Shown here: piece by piece, positions 9,977-21,219 of the stretch
How the letters are laid out: every line of letters starts with the position of its first letter
How positions within the stretch are numbered: the stretch's first letter is position 1
Source of the DNA: Patescibacteria group bacterium
GTDB lineage: Bacteria > Patescibacteriota > Patescibacteriia > UBA1558 > UBA10009
Reading direction: 5' to 3'
DNA length: 54,738 nt
Assembly: GCA_018817315.1 (NCBI GenBank)
Contig: JAHITV010000004.1
Location: forward strand, 1-54,738
Position numbers and translations under genes: made by a program
Notes under the pieces: generated by a model
Seen by the model: the letters and a program-made list of their open reading frames with translations, nothing else
Database searches by the model: none
What the model was told of the DNA's origin: nothing

Positions 9977-10726
9977 ATGGCTCAACCAACTCCTCGGCAG
10001 AAATTAACTATTGGTTTATATGTTGGCGTGTTGAGTATTATTGTATTAGTTATCTGGGGATTTTTTCTAAAGTATGAATTCAAAACAGCTGCCACGAAAA
10101 CAGCAGAGCTTGATAATACTTTTAGTGATATTGGTGAGAAGTTTGAAAGTTTTTTCTCTCAAGGCAAAGAGATAATTAATAATACCAAGAGTGAATTTCA
10201 AAGTTTAACCAGTCAGCAGTCGGGGGTTCCCCAGAATTTAGTAGAATCAGTTACAGAAAAAACTCAAGCAAAGTTAAGAGAAAAAAGAATAGTTGATTGG
10301 TTGGCTTTTAGCAATGATGAAATAGGTTTTAAATATCCTGCTGATTGGTTTATTGAGTCCACAGCAGAAAAAATAATAATCTCTAATCATGAAGATTCTA
10401 AGGAGCTAGAAGAAACTGGGGTGAAGTTTCAAACACAGTTTTATCCCAATCAAGATAATTATACCCCTAGTCAGTGGTGGGAAGTTTATGGGAAAGACAT
10501 TGATCCTGATAATAGTCTTCCAACTGTAACCATTGAGCTTGCTGGAAGAATAGCTTTAAAAAGAGTAATACCAGTTAATCCAAATGAGCCTTATTATTCT
10601 GAAATTATCCATCTTTCATTCAATCAGAAAATGATAGAAATAATAATTAGTTATGATATGCAAAACCAAGAATTAGTACAAATAGCAGAGGATTTTATCC
10701 AGACAATAGTTTTTATCACTAAATAA
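9977..10726 (+). CDS. Membrane-anchored protein with PsbP-like C-terminal domain
   Basis: N-terminal TM helix, GFKYPADW motif, C-terminal FIQTIVF. Confidence 0.7.
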   Translation: MAQPTPRQKLTIGLYVGVLSIIVLVIWGFFLKYEFKTAATKTAELDNTFSDIGEKFESFFSQGKEIINNTKSEFQSLTSQQSGVPQNLVESVTEKTQAKLREKRIVDWLAFSNDEIGFKYPADWFIESTAEKIIISNHEDSKELEETGVKFQTQFYPNQDNYTPSQWWEVYGKDIDPDNSLPTVTIELAGRIALKRVIPVNPNEPYYSEIIHLSFNQKMIEIIISYDMQNQELVQIAEDFIQTIVFITK

Positions 10727-10737
10727 ATAATAAAATA

Positions 10738-13329
10738 ATGAAGAAAAAGCTTCCTCAGAAAAAAACCAAAGGAACAATTAAGAAGTCAGTTAGGACCGAG
10801 AAAAAGCAGGTTGATAAGCAAAAAGATGATCAGGAGCAGAAAGAAACTTTTACTTTACCAGAGGTCAAAGAAACAGAGAATAATTTTGGTAAGGTTGTAG
10901 ATCAACCAATTGTTGAAGAAATGCAAACTTCTTATTTGGATTATGCGATGAGTGTAATTGTAGCTCGGGCTTTGCCAGATGTGCGTGATGGTCTGAAACC
11001 TGTTCACCGACGTATTTTGTATGCTATGTGGAACATTGGACTTAGAGCAGGAGCAAAATTCCGCAAATCTGCTACGGTAGTTGGTGAGGTTTTAGGTAAA
11101 TATCATCCTCATGGCGATGCAGCTGTTTATGATTCTTTAGTACGTTTGGCTCAAGATTTTGCCATGCGCTATCCCTTAATTAACGGACAGGGAAACTTTG
11201 GTTCCATGGACGGTGATGGTGCAGCTGCCATGCGTTACACTGAAGCTAAATTAACTTCTATTGCCGAAGAGCTGTTATTTGATTTAGAAAAAGGAACAGT
11301 TGATTTTATCCCTAATTATGACGGTTCGCAGCAAGAACCATTAGTTTTACCGGCTAAGCTGCCTAATTTACTTTTAAACGGCTCTATGGGCATTGCCGTG
11401 GGTATGGCCACTAATATTCCACCTCATAATTTAGGAGAATTGGTGGATGGTTTAATTTATTTTATTGATAATCCTAAAGCTGACACCGAAGATTTAATGG
11501 AATATATTAAGGGTCCTGATTTTCCTACTGGCGCTACCATTTATGATATCAACGAAATAAAAGCAGCTTATGCTACTGGCAGAGGTGCTATTGTAATGAA
11601 GGCTAAGGCCGAGATTGAAGAAAATAAGAATGGTATTTTCCAAATTATCATTACAGAAATTCCTTACCAAGTTAATAAGGCCTCGCTTTTAGAAAAAATC
11701 GCTGATTTGGTTAAAGCCAAAAAAATTGAGGGCATTAAGGATTTAAGAGACGAATCTAATAAAGAAGGGGTGAGAGTAGTTGTTGATTTAAAAAAGGACG
11801 CTTATCCTAAAAAGGTTTTAAATGCTCTTTATAAACACACTTCTTTGCAGGATACTTTCCATGTTAATATGCTGGCTTTAATAGATGGCCTTCAGCCAAA
11901 AGTCCTTACTTTAAGGAATATTTTAGAAGAATACCTTAAACATCGTAAAGAGGTTATTATTCGCAGGACTCAATATGATTTAACTAAAGCTAAAGACAGG
12001 GCTCATATTTTGGAAGGATTAGTTAAAGCCTTGGAAGATATTGATAAAATCATTCAGACTATTAAAAAGTCAAAGGATAAAGAGGCAGCAAAAATTAATT
12101 TAATCAAACGATTTAAATTCACCGAAAGACAGACAGTGGCAATTTTAGAGATGAAATTGCAGCAGCTGGCTAATTTAGAAAGATTAAAAGTAGAAGAAGA
12201 ATTAAAGGAGAAAAAGAAATTAATCAAAGAATTGTCAGAAATTCTGGCTAGTCCTAAAAAAGTTTTAAAGATTATTAAAGACGATTTAAGTCATTTAAAA
12301 GAAAAATATGGTGATGAACGTAAAACCAAAATCATTAAGTCAGTAGTAGGGCAGTTAACCGTAGAAGATTTAGTTCCTAACGAGGCAACTGTTGTTATGG
12401 TGACTAATGACGGTTATATAAAACGTTTACCTCCTGATACTTTTAAAGTTCAGAGCAGGGGCGGCAAAGGGATTATAGGCGTAACTACCAAGGAGGAGGA
12501 TATCGTTGAACATATGTTTACCACCAAGACTCATGTTGATTTAATGTTTTTCACTACTCGCGGCCGCTTGTTCCAATTAAAAGCGTATGAAATACCGCAA
12601 GCCACCAGAACAGCCAAAGGTCAGGCCATAGTTAATTTCTTGCAACTTGCTCCTGAAGAAGGGGTCACTTCGGTGCTTTCAGCTGAAAATTTTCCCTCTT
12701 TCCGTTATTTAGTCATGGTCACTAAACTTGGTTTGATTAAAAAAGTAGAAATAAATAAATTCCAAAATGTCAGACGTTCCGGATTAATTGCCATAAAACT
12801 TAAGGGTGATGATCAATTAAAATGGGTTAAGCCATCTAGTGGTGATGATCACATTATTTTGATCACTTCCGAAGGACAAGCCATAAGATTCAGGGAGAAA
12901 AATATTCGTTCTATGAGCAGAGGCGCTGCTGGCGTAAGAGGAATTAAATTCAAAAAGTCCAGTGATCAAGTAGTAGGCATGGGTATTTTAGATAATGGCA
13001 GAGCTGGCGCTGACGAACAATTATTAGTGGTAATGAGCAATGGTTTTGGTAAACGTACTTCCTTAAAAGAATATAAAGTTCAGGGTCGCGGCGGTACAGG
13101 TATTAAAACTGCTACTATTACCGCTAAAACAGGCAAGGTAGAAGCATCTTTTATTGTCAATACCAAACTGATTGATGAAGATTTAATTATTATTTCTGAT
13201 AAAGGTCAGGTAATCCGGTTGCCTTTAAAGTCTGTAAATGTGATTGGCCGGGCTACCCAAGGAGTAAGATTAATGAGATTTAAATCAGAAGGCGATAGAG
13301 TAGCCAGTGTAACTTGTCTAATAAATTAA
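10738..13329 (+). CDS. gyrA: DNA gyrase subunit A
   Basis: [29 protein letters not shown] (catalytic Tyr), GyrA-box QSRGGKG, C-terminal pinwheel repeats. Confidence 0.98.
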   Translation: MKKKLPQKKTKGTIKKSVRTEKKQVDKQKDDQEQKETFTLPEVKETENNFGKVVDQPIVEEMQTSYLDYAMSVIVARALPDVRDGLKPVHRRILYAMWNIGLRAGAKFRKSATVVGEVLGKYHPHGDAAVYDSLVRLAQDFAMRYPLINGQGNFGSMDGDGAAAMRYTEAKLTSIAEELLFDLEKGTVDFIPNYDGSQQEPLVLPAKLPNLLLNGSMGIAVGMATNIPPHNLGELVDGLIYFIDNPKADTEDLMEYIKGPDFPTGATIYDINEIKAAYATGRGAIVMKAKAEIEENKNGIFQIIITEIPYQVNKASLLEKIADLVKAKKIEGIKDLRDESNKEGVRVVVDLKKDAYPKKVLNALYKHTSLQDTFHVNMLALIDGLQPKVLTLRNILEEYLKHRKEVIIRRTQYDLTKAKDRAHILEGLVKALEDIDKIIQTIKKSKDKEAAKINLIKRFKFTERQTVAILEMKLQQLANLERLKVEEELKEKKKLIKELSEILASPKKVLKIIKDDLSHLKEKYGDERKTKIIKSVVGQLTVEDLVPNEATVVMVTNDGYIKRLPPDTFKVQSRGGKGIIGVTTKEEDIVEHMFTTKTHVDLMFFTTRGRLFQLKAYEIPQATRTAKGQAIVNFLQLAPEEGVTSVLSAENFPSFRYLVMVTKLGLIKKVEINKFQNVRRSGLIAIKLKGDDQLKWVKPSSGDDHIILITSEGQAIRFREKNIRSMSRGAAGVRGIKFKKSSDQVVGMGILDNGRAGADEQLLVVMSNGFGKRTSLKEYKVQGRGGTGIKTATITAKTGKVEASFIVNTKLIDEDLIIISDKGQVIRLPLKSVNVIGRATQGVRLMRFKSEGDRVASVTCLIN

Positions 13330-13340
13330 TTTAAGAATAT

Positions 13341-14312
13341 ATGATGACCATTAAGCAAATATATGATTTAGCCATTAATTTAGGCATTAAAAGCGATCTT
13401 AGGGGTCAAATAGTGGTTAAGAAAAAATTAGAGCGGGTAAAAAAAGCTTATAATGAATTAAGTAAGGCAAAAAAAGAAGAGTTTGATGAAGAGCGCTTAA
13501 CTAATCCCTTTTCAGATACCCGTTATTTTGGCGATCCCCAGAAAAAAATCAAAAGAATTTTAACTGGCATTGATATTGACGTAGCTGAAGTGTTGTTAGC
13601 CAAAGAACTTTCTGCAAAAAAAACCATTGATTTAATTATCTCCCATCATCCCCTGGGACCGGCTTTGGCCGGTCTCCATGAAGTAATGGATTTACAAGTG
13701 GAACTTTTAGCTAAATACGGCGTGCCAATTAATATTGCGGAAAGTTTAACTCATATACGGATGAGTGAAGTAGCCAGAGGAATTTCTCCTGTTAATCATA
13801 ATCGGGTGGTGGATACAGCAAAACTGTTAGGTTTTAATTTAATGTGTGTGCATACACCATCTGATAATTTGGTCGCTAATTTTTTAGATAAGTATTTACG
13901 TAAGTATGAAAAGGAAATTGAAACAGTAGAAGATTTGTTAAGACTATTAAAGAAAATTCCTGAATATCATCAAGCCATAAAACAGAAAGCCGGGCCTAGA
14001 TTATTTACTGGTAAAGAATCAGGCTATACCGGTAAAATTGCTATAACAGAAATTACCGGCGGTACAGAAGGTTCTAAAGATCTTTATCAACACATTGCGC
14101 AAGCTGGTATTGGCACAATCATTGGTATGCACATGAAGGAAGAGAATCGTGAAGAAGCGGAAAAAGCTCATCTTAACATTGTTATTGCCGGGCATATGTC
14201 TTCTGATTCTATTGGCATGAATCTTTTTCTGGATGAATTGGTTAAACGCGGCATTGAAATTATTCCTTGTTCAGGATTGATCAGGTATTCAAGAGTGAAA
14301 GGGAGAAAATAA
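13341..14312 (+). CDS. NIF3 (NGG1p-interacting factor 3)-family dinuclear metal protein
   Basis: GIDID, ISHHP, VHTPSDN, IAGHMSSDSIGMN. Confidence 0.85.
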   Translation: MMTIKQIYDLAINLGIKSDLRGQIVVKKKLERVKKAYNELSKAKKEEFDEERLTNPFSDTRYFGDPQKKIKRILTGIDIDVAEVLLAKELSAKKTIDLIISHHPLGPALAGLHEVMDLQVELLAKYGVPINIAESLTHIRMSEVARGISPVNHNRVVDTAKLLGFNLMCVHTPSDNLVANFLDKYLRKYEKEIETVEDLLRLLKKIPEYHQAIKQKAGPRLFTGKESGYTGKIAITEITGGTEGSKDLYQHIAQAGIGTIIGMHMKEENREEAEKAHLNIVIAGHMSSDSIGMNLFLDELVKRGIEIIPCSGLIRYSRVKGRK

Positions 14313-14327
14313 TTTATAATTATTTTG

Positions 14328-14357
14328 AAACTGACCAGTGAATCTGGTCAGTTTTTG
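14328..14357 (+). terminator. Intrinsic terminator
   Basis: AAACTGACCAG-tgaat-CTGGTCAGTTTTT. Confidence 0.8.
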
Positions 14358-14388
14358 ATTATAGCTGTCAATGAATTTGTCAGCTATC

Positions 14389-14417
14389 TTGAAAAAACCG
14401 TTTTAAAATGCTAATCT
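14389..14417 (+). promoter_or_regulatory. Extended -10 promoter for ruvB, probably leaderless
   Basis: TTGAAA-17-TAATCT with TG extension; ATG is 6 nt after the -10. Confidence 0.6.
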
Positions 14418-14423
14418 TGGCTT

Positions 14424-15446
14424 ATGTCTAAAGAACGAATTATTTCCAATAAAGAAAAAAGTGAAGATAAAGCTTTGGATTTAACTTTAAGGCCGGCAAT
14501 CCTTAATGATTTTGTGGGACAGCAAAAGATTAAGGAAAATATTAAGATTTTTATGACTGCTGCCAAACAACGAGGCGAAGCCATGGAACATGTTTTATTC
14601 CATGGTCCGCCGGGTTTAGGCAAAACTACTTTAGCTCATATTTTAGCTAAAGAGATAAGAGTTAATATTCGGGTTACTTCTGGTCCGGCCATAGAACGGG
14701 CCGGCGATTTAGCTGCTATTCTTACTAATTTGGAAGACGGCGACATTTTATTTATTGATGAGATTCATCGGCTTAACAGATTGATTGAGGAAGTTTTATA
14801 TCCAGCCATGGAAGATTATGCTTTGGATATTGTGATTGGTAAAGGTCCGGCAGCCAGAACATTGCGTTTAGATTTACCTAAATTTACTTTAGTGGGAGCA
14901 ACCACGCGTTATCATCTTTTGTCATCTCCTTTACGCGACAGATTTGGCAGTACTTTTCGGCTGGATTATTACAGTCAAGAAGATATTCAAAAAATCATTG
15001 ATCGTTCAGCCCGTATTCTATCCATAGATTTACAGGATGATTCTTCTAAAATGATTGCACAGCGGGCGCGTTTAACCCCTAGAATCGCTAATCGTCTTTT
15101 AAAAAGAGTCAGAGACTATGTTCAGGTTAAGGGCGACGGCATTCTTAATCCTCAAATAACCCAAAAAGCTTTGGAGCTTATGGAAGTGGATATTATGGGC
15201 TTGGATTCTCTGGACAGGAAAATTTTAAGTTCCATTATTGAGAAATTTAAAGGCGGGCCAGTGGGTTTAAATTCTATTGCTGCTTTAGTTCAGGAAGAGG
15301 AAGGAACAATTGAGGAAATTTATGAACCTTATTTGATTCAGTTGGGATTTTTGGCACGCACTCCTCGTGGTAGAGTAGTTACAGAAAATGCATATAAACA
15401 TTTGGGGTTGGAAGTGCCAGGTGAGTTGCAAAGTAAATTGATATAA
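14424..15446 (+). CDS. ruvB: Holliday junction branch migration helicase RuvB
   Basis: [37 protein letters not shown]. Confidence 0.98.
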   Translation: MSKERIISNKEKSEDKALDLTLRPAILNDFVGQQKIKENIKIFMTAAKQRGEAMEHVLFHGPPGLGKTTLAHILAKEIRVNIRVTSGPAIERAGDLAAILTNLEDGDILFIDEIHRLNRLIEEVLYPAMEDYALDIVIGKGPAARTLRLDLPKFTLVGATTRYHLLSSPLRDRFGSTFRLDYYSQEDIQKIIDRSARILSIDLQDDSSKMIAQRARLTPRIANRLLKRVRDYVQVKGDGILNPQITQKALELMEVDIMGLDSLDRKILSSIIEKFKGGPVGLNSIAALVQEEEGTIEEIYEPYLIQLGFLARTPRGRVVTENAYKHLGLEVPGELQSKLI

Positions 15447-15469
15447 TTTATAATATTAATTTAAAAGTT

Positions 15470-15820
15470 ATGACTGAAGAAAAAAATAACAAATTAATTG
15501 ATCCCACAAAAGCCCCGGGTCAATTAATAAAAATAGAATGTAAGAATTGTAGTTATATTGATTTACCAAAAAAATGGAATATCAGGACTGTTTTTGGGGT
15601 TATCTATTTATTAACAATACTGAATATTTTTAGCGTGATTGCTTATTTTGCATTTACTAATCCTTATATTTGTTCAAAATGTGGCGAGAGAGGAAAATTG
15701 GTTAAATTATTAAATAATGGCGACAAAAGAGAAATAGGTGGCTTATCAAAAAAACAGTTTATTATATTAAATTCCATTTTATTTATAATAGGCTTCATTT
15801 TATTAATTAATTATTATTAG
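15470..15820 (+). CDS. Small membrane protein with split zinc ribbon (CxxC-TM-CxxC, LITAF-like topology)
   Basis: CKNC, hydrophobic segment, CSKC, C-terminal TM helix. Confidence 0.7.
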   Translation: MTEEKNNKLIDPTKAPGQLIKIECKNCSYIDLPKKWNIRTVFGVIYLLTILNIFSVIAYFAFTNPYICSKCGERGKLVKLLNNGDKREIGGLSKKQFIILNSILFIIGFILLINYY

Positions 15821-15830
15821 CTTACATAGA

Positions 15831-15853
15831 AGCTGATAGCCTGGCTATCAGCT
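15831..15853. repeat. REP-like palindrome family A, copy 1
   Basis: AGCTGATAGC-ctg-GCTATCAGCT; near-identical copy at 21956-21980. Confidence 0.85.
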
Positions 15854-15866
15854 GCAGGAAAGAAAA

Positions 15867-16400
15867 ATGAAAAAACTATTACTTCACACCTGTTGCGGGC
15901 CGTGTGCTTTATATATTGTTCAGCAATTGCAAAAAAACTATCAAGTTGATTTGTTTTTTTATAATCCTAATATTTATCCAGAAAGCGAATATCAAAGACG
16001 TTTAAAAGAGGTTAGACAGTGGTCAGACAAAAATAATTTAGAATTAATTGAAGGTTCTTATAATCATCAAGAATGGTTAAAAAAAGTATTGAATTTAGAA
16101 AAAGAACCTGAAGGCGGATTAAGATGTTCAGTTTGTTTTAAACAACGTTTAAAAAATACAGCGCAGTTTGCCAAGTTAAACGGTTATGGAATTTTTGCTA
16201 CTACTTTAACTATCAGTCCTCATAAAAATGCCGAGCTGATTAATCAGCTGGGTAAATCAATTAGTGTTGAACATCAAATTGATTTTTACGAAGCAGACTG
16301 GAAAAAAGATGATGGTTTTAAACATTCATGTGAATTAGCAAAAGTAGAAGGATTTTATCGTCAAGATTACTGCGGTTGCGAGTTTAGTATAAGATTTTAA
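15867..16400 (+). CDS. queH: Epoxyqueuosine reductase QueH (DUF208)
   Basis: LLLHTCCGPC, FYNPNIYP, RCSVCF..RL, TTLTISPHK, YRQDYCGCEFS; adjacent to queA. Confidence 0.93.
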   Translation: MKKLLLHTCCGPCALYIVQQLQKNYQVDLFFYNPNIYPESEYQRRLKEVRQWSDKNNLELIEGSYNHQEWLKKVLNLEKEPEGGLRCSVCFKQRLKNTAQFAKLNGYGIFATTLTISPHKNAELINQLGKSISVEHQIDFYEADWKKDDGFKHSCELAKVEGFYRQDYCGCEFSIRF

Positions 16401-16413
16401 TATAGATGGTCAA

Positions 16414-16434
16414 CGGAGGGTTTAAAACCCTCCG
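16414..16434. repeat. REP-like palindrome with GGTTTnAAACC core
   Basis: CGGAGGGTTT-a-AAACCCTCCG between co-directional queH and queA; core shared with 39640-39680. Confidence 0.65.
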
Positions 16435-16453
16435 CTAGACGAGATTTAGAAAT

Positions 16454-17482
16454 ATGAGATTATCAGATTTTAATTACAATTTACCCAAAAATTTAATTGC
16501 TCAACATCCAATTTCACCGCGTGACCATTCGCGGCTTTTAGTTTTGAACAGAAAATCAAAGAAAATTGAGCACAAGCATTTTTATGACATTATCAGTTAT
16601 TTAAAAAAGGGCGATGTTTTGGTTTTGAACAACACCAAAGTTTTTCCAGCGCGTTTGATTGGTAAACGACAAAAAACAAAAGGAAAAGTGGAAGTTTTTC
16701 TGCTACGAAAAATCAGTCTAAATAGTTGGCAGGTTTTGATTGGTAACCGTAGAAAGAAAATCGGTCAAGTCATTGAGTTTGGTAAAGGATTATCTTGTAA
16801 AATTATAAAACAAATTGATCAATCTGTTTGGTTGGTAAAATTTAATCAGCAAGGTAAAAAATTAGAATTGATGATTAATGATCTAGGTTTTGTACCAACG
16901 CCGCCATACATTAAAGTTTTGAGTAAATCAGCTAAACTTAAAAAGGAATATCAAACGATTTTTGCTAAATATACTGGTTCAGTAGCAGCGCCTACAGCCG
17001 GTTTCCATTTCACTAAACAGTTAATCAATAAATTAAAGAAAAAAGGCGTTCAATTTGAATATATTACTTTACATGTTGGTTTTGGTACTTTTGAACCAGT
17101 CAAAGTTCAGGATATTACCAAACATCAAATGCATTCAGAGTTGGCAGTAATACACAAGAAAACCGCGGAAAACTTGAATCAGGCAAAAAAACAGGGTAGA
17201 AGGATTATTGCTGTGGGGACAACTTCTGTGCGGACGCTTGGGGCATTTGTTAAAAGAGGAAAATTAACAGGTGGAAAGAAATGGACTGATGTTTTTATTT
17301 ATCCGGGTTATAAATTCAAATTCGTTGATTGTCTGCTTACTAATTTTCATTTACCTAAGTCAACTTTATTGATGTTAATCACTGCTTTTGCTGGTAGAAA
17401 ATTAATTCTTAGAGCATATCAAACGGCAATCAAAAAGAAATATTGGTTTTACTCTTTTGGCGACGCCATGTTAATATTATAA
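16454..17482 (+). CDS. queA: S-adenosylmethionine:tRNA ribosyltransferase-isomerase
   Basis: LIAQHP..RDHSRLL, GSVAAPTAGFHF, TLHVGFGTF, AVGTTSVR, TNFHLPKSTL, FYSFGDAM. Confidence 0.97.
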   Translation: MRLSDFNYNLPKNLIAQHPISPRDHSRLLVLNRKSKKIEHKHFYDIISYLKKGDVLVLNNTKVFPARLIGKRQKTKGKVEVFLLRKISLNSWQVLIGNRRKKIGQVIEFGKGLSCKIIKQIDQSVWLVKFNQQGKKLELMINDLGFVPTPPYIKVLSKSAKLKKEYQTIFAKYTGSVAAPTAGFHFTKQLINKLKKKGVQFEYITLHVGFGTFEPVKVQDITKHQMHSELAVIHKKTAENLNQAKKQGRRIIAVGTTSVRTLGAFVKRGKLTGGKKWTDVFIYPGYKFKFVDCLLTNFHLPKSTLLMLITAFAGRKLILRAYQTAIKKKYWFYSFGDAMLIL

Positions 17483-17486
17483 ATAT

Positions 17487-17765
17487 ATGCCTTTAGAATC
17501 TATTATTTTGTTAGTTACAACAGTAATTTTTGTTATATATTTAATTAGTTTATTTAGAGTGATTTCAATAGAGCATAGAATTAAAAGGTTGCAGAGTGAA
17601 ATGAAAAAGAAAGTGAAAGAACAAAGCGGACAGGGAAGAGGAATTCCTTTAGGGATTGTTATAAAAAAACAAGATAAAATTAGCTATGATTATCAAGAAA
17701 AAATAGATGATTTATCACAGAAACGGAGATTTATTTTAGATAAATTACCTTTTATAAAAAGGTAA
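17487..17765 (+). CDS. Hypothetical small membrane-anchored protein
   Basis: 92 aa, N-terminal TM helix then coiled-coil-like region; 4 nt after the queA stop. Confidence 0.65.
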   Translation: MPLESIILLVTTVIFVIYLISLFRVISIEHRIKRLQSEMKKKVKEQSGQGRGIPLGIVIKKQDKISYDYQEKIDDLSQKRRFILDKLPFIKR

Positions 17766-17808
17766 AACAAAAAACCCCTTTGCTATGCTCAGGGTGTTTT
17801 TTGTTTTT
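17764..17808. terminator. Bidirectional terminator whose loop is a TGAGC..RAA repeat motif
   Basis: AAAACAAAAAAC-[ccctttgctatgctcagggt]-GTTTTTTGTTTT between convergent genes. Confidence 0.65.
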
Positions 17809-17927
17809 GTTTTTCGCCTCGAGTTTGACTCGATTGAGTAAAACTTGCTGACTTATAAGAGGATATTGATAATCCCTTTTTATTTTTTATAGTTTCAGCG
17901 TTTACTCTTTAATTTTAATAAAGAACA

Positions 17928-19694
17928 TCAGTACTGATTATGTATATCAACGTCAGTATAATAATATTTTAAAATATCATCATAAAGTGCGCCTTGATCA
18001 GCTCGGCGGTAAGCGTCTGTACAAGCCATGCCTACGCCATGACCGTATAAAGTTTCTCCTTGATCATAAGGTGTAGACACAGAGATCAACCAGGGTACGT
18101 CATTATACCAAACTTCCTTAAAACTTCTGGTGCGACCATCACTTCTGGAAAAGTAAGGAGTGATCGCCACTTTATTTTGATATTTGATAATTTGTCCTTC
18201 GGTATCATCAACTGCTTGGATATAATTGGTTAAACGTTCTTCAATGCCATAACCGCGATAAACTTGGTCAAATAAGGAATCAACATGAAAATGCTCATCA
18301 GCATGTTTGGTACTACCATCGGTCACTAAATTGAGTACGCCTTTATTGTAATGATAATAAGCGTAAGTTCTAATAGCTACGGCCATGGCTTTTAGATATT
18401 CTTGCGGAGATAAGTTAGAAACTTCCGCCACACCTTTAACATAATATTCCATGGGCAGTTCATTAATCACCCAGAGTTTGTCGATTTTTTCTGCATAGCG
18501 CAGCTCTAGTTTGTTTCTAAAACGGTTGTCATTAACAGTGGGATTCCAAGCCAGACGATTTTCATAATTTAAAATTTCAAAGACCACATTAGGATCATCA
18601 CTTTCTAAAATTAAATAATTTCTGCCCCGATCATCAATATCAGTACCCGCAACATAATAATGTTGATTAGTAAAATCATAAGTTAAGGTGACTTTTTTGC
18701 CGGCGGAAATTTCAGCAACTAAATTTCCATCACTACGTTTAACTTTAAATTTTCTGTTAGCAGTGATGATAACCGGTTCTGTAGTGGAATATAATCCCAC
18801 TCTAATCATTGGCCCTAAGTCGGTTGATTGAGTTTGCTTAATTGCCGGAAGAGTGTCGGCATCATCAGCTTGTAGCTTTGTTTCACTGTCAGCAATATTT
18901 AAGTTACGAATTTTTTGCCAATATTCATCATTAGCTTTTTGGAGATTTTCTTTTTGTTCAGCGGTAGGAATATGGAAATAGCTTTCATTAGAGATTTTTA
19001 CACCAGAAATTTTTGCAACAGTTTTAGCTTTTAGATCATTACTTACTTCAAAATTAATGGTGGTTTGACTATTATCTATCCAGGAAATGCGCCTGACTAC
19101 TAAAATAAAATTTTCCTCATAAACTCCAATTTTTTTAGGAGCTTTAATGGCAAAACGAAAAGTGCCGGTTTGTCCTGGTTTAATTTCTTTTTCCAATAAT
19201 CTGGCTGGTCTAAAAGCTGTTTCCCAAAAAGAATGTCTTAAATCACTGTGATGCATTAATGGTTCAGCTGTAGCAATAGCAGTGAAATTAAAAATGTCAC
19301 GTTGCCAAGTAACAGTGCCAGTATTTAAATATTTAAGTTGCACAGTCAAACTTTTACCCGGTTGTAGACGAATGGGCTGTCGGGGTTCAATAGAAATTAA
19401 TTTTGCCGTGTATTTTTCTTCTTGATTTACGGTTGCATAAGCTTTAGGGAAAATTTTTAACCAGATTTTTTCTATAAAAGAAAAAGGCTCATCTTTAAGA
19501 TAGCCATTTTCTAATATTTGAGTTGACTGATTTTGTTTTATTTTACCAGTAAATGTTTCTAGGGTTTTTGCTTCAAGCCGTTGAGTCTCTCTAAAAGATT
19601 GGTGAGCCATAGCCATTAATTTGGCTGAAGCTATAACTATAATGAAACAGACAATAATATACAAAAAAGTATGGGATAATTTTTGTTTTTTCAT
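17928..19694 (-). CDS. SpoIID/LytB-domain lytic transglycosylase with N-terminal anchor and NBR1-Ig-like domain
   Basis: YLNTGTVTW..IKPGQTGTFRF (Ig-like), VINELPMEYYVKGVAE, LKAMAVAIRTYA, DQVYRG, YGHGVGM, ILKYYY. Confidence 0.88.
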   Translation of the reverse strand: MKKQKLSHTFLYIIVCFIIVIASAKLMAMAHQSFRETQRLEAKTLETFTGKIKQNQSTQILENGYLKDEPFSFIEKIWLKIFPKAYATVNQEEKYTAKLISIEPRQPIRLQPGKSLTVQLKYLNTGTVTWQRDIFNFTAIATAEPLMHHSDLRHSFWETAFRPARLLEKEIKPGQTGTFRFAIKAPKKIGVYEENFILVVRRISWIDNSQTTINFEVSNDLKAKTVAKISGVKISNESYFHIPTAEQKENLQKANDEYWQKIRNLNIADSETKLQADDADTLPAIKQTQSTDLGPMIRVGLYSTTEPVIITANRKFKVKRSDGNLVAEISAGKKVTLTYDFTNQHYYVAGTDIDDRGRNYLILESDDPNVVFEILNYENRLAWNPTVNDNRFRNKLELRYAEKIDKLWVINELPMEYYVKGVAEVSNLSPQEYLKAMAVAIRTYAYYHYNKGVLNLVTDGSTKHADEHFHVDSLFDQVYRGYGIEERLTNYIQAVDDTEGQIIKYQNKVAITPYFSRSDGRTRSFKEVWYNDVPWLISVSTPYDQGETLYGHGVGMACTDAYRRADQGALYDDILKYYYTDVDIHNQY

Positions 19695-19768
19695 TTTTGT
19701 TTTTGTTTTTCAGCAAGTTCAAAATAAGTTTTTTTGATCTACACCGCGATTTTTTATTTTCTACTGTT

Positions 19769-19797
19769 AGTTTAGCATAAAAAAACGTTTTTGTCAA
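19769..19797 (-). promoter_or_regulatory. Sigma70-type promoter for the SpoIID/LytB gene
   Basis: Minus strand TTGACA-17-TAAACT with TG extension. Confidence 0.65.
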
Positions 19798-20865
19798 TCA
19801 CTTATTAAACAAAAAATATACTACATCACCGTCTTTCATTTCATAATCCTTACCTTCAGTTCTGATAAAGCCCTTTTCTTTGGCTTTGGCTTCACCGCCG
19901 TTATCAATTAGATTTTTCCAGTTAATAATTTCGGCTTTGATAAAACCCTTTTCAAAATCAGTATGAATTTTGCCGGCCGCTTGAGGCGCTTTTGTTCTTT
20001 GAATAATTGTCCAAGCATGAGTTTCTTTAGGACCAGCAGTAAAAAAGGAAATTAAATTTAGAAGTTTGTAGGATTCCACAATCAATTTGTCCAAACCAGT
20101 TTGTGCTATGCTTAGTTGTTTTAGATATTCTCGTTCTTCATTATCGTTTAGAGAAGCTAATTCCGCCTCTAATTTAGCGCAAACGGCGATTGAGGGTTGT
20201 TTAAAAAATTCTTTTTTATTTTTGGATTCATCTTCCGAAACATTATAAACATAAAGAATTGGTTTATAAGTCAGGAGGTTTAATTCTTTAACAAAATGTA
20301 AATCATCTTCATTAATTACTGCTTGATAGGCAAAATTTTCCTTGGCTAAAGTTTCTTTAATTTTTCTTAAAACGGCAATATTTACTAGAGGTTTTTTATC
20401 AGTTATCCCTTTGGTTTGTTTTTCCAAATTTTCTAAACGTTTACTGACTATTTCCAAATCAGCAAGAATTAATTCCAGGTTAATCGTCTTGATATCATCC
20501 TCGGGATCAATTTTGCTGGTGACATGGACAACGTTTTCGTCTTTAAAATCCCTGACCACTTCAACAATGGCGTCAACTTCGCGGATATGCGACAAAAATT
20601 TATTGCCCAAACCATCGCCTTGACTAGCGCCTTTGACTAAGCCGGCAATATCAACAAACTTAATGGTTGTTGGCACAACTTTAGTAGAATTATAAATCTT
20701 TGCCAGTTTTTCTAAACGTTCATCAGGAACAGCTACCATCCCGACATTGGGTTCAATAGTACAAAAAGGATAATTAGAAGCATCTACCTGTTTTTTGGTT
20801 AAGGCAGTAAAGAGTGTACTTTTACCAACATTAGGCAAACCGACTATACCAAGGGAAAACGACAT
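19798..20865 (-). CDS. ychF: Redox-regulated ATPase YchF
   Basis: GIVGLPNVGKST, NYPFCTIEPN, DIAGLVKGAS, AGKIHTDFEKGFI. Confidence 0.98.
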   Translation of the reverse strand: MSFSLGIVGLPNVGKSTLFTALTKKQVDASNYPFCTIEPNVGMVAVPDERLEKLAKIYNSTKVVPTTIKFVDIAGLVKGASQGDGLGNKFLSHIREVDAIVEVVRDFKDENVVHVTSKIDPEDDIKTINLELILADLEIVSKRLENLEKQTKGITDKKPLVNIAVLRKIKETLAKENFAYQAVINEDDLHFVKELNLLTYKPILYVYNVSEDESKNKKEFFKQPSIAVCAKLEAELASLNDNEEREYLKQLSIAQTGLDKLIVESYKLLNLISFFTAGPKETHAWTIIQRTKAPQAAGKIHTDFEKGFIKAEIINWKNLIDNGGEAKAKEKGFIRTEGKDYEMKDGDVVYFLFNK

Positions 20866-20912
20866 AATTTATATTTAATCTAATTAACAGATTTTAGCAT
20901 TTTTTTATTAGC

Positions 20913-20940
20913 TTGACAAAGTTAAGCTTCATTATATAGT
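20913..20940 (+). promoter_or_regulatory. Sigma70-type promoter
   Basis: TTGACA-16-TATAGT upstream of 20962. Confidence 0.6.
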
Positions 20941-20961
20941 TAAGATATAAGCTAATAATTT

Positions 20962-21219
20962 ATGCCAGAAGAATTAATAGGTAAAGTTACTCATTACTTT
21001 GATAAGATTGGGGTAGCGGTGATAAAAGTAGAAAAAGGCACGGTGGCAATTGGTGATAAGCTTCATTTTTTGCATGGCGAAAGAGATTTTCAGCAAACCG
21101 TGGATTCTTTGGAAGTTGAAAAAGAGTCGGTAGAAAAAATTAAGAAAGGTAAAGAAGGTGGAATGAAAGTTGATGAAGAGGTTAAAAAGGGCGACGAGAT
21201 TTATAAAGTTAGTGAGTAA
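20962..21219 (+). CDS. Small translation-elongation-factor-like beta-barrel protein (EF-Tu domain II / U32 C-terminal-like)
   Basis: IGKVTHYFDKIGVAVI..GDKL..FQQTVDSLE..GDEIYKV. Confidence 0.8.
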   Translation: MPEELIGKVTHYFDKIGVAVIKVEKGTVAIGDKLHFLHGERDFQQTVDSLEVEKESVEKIKKGKEGGMKVDEEVKKGDEIYKVSE

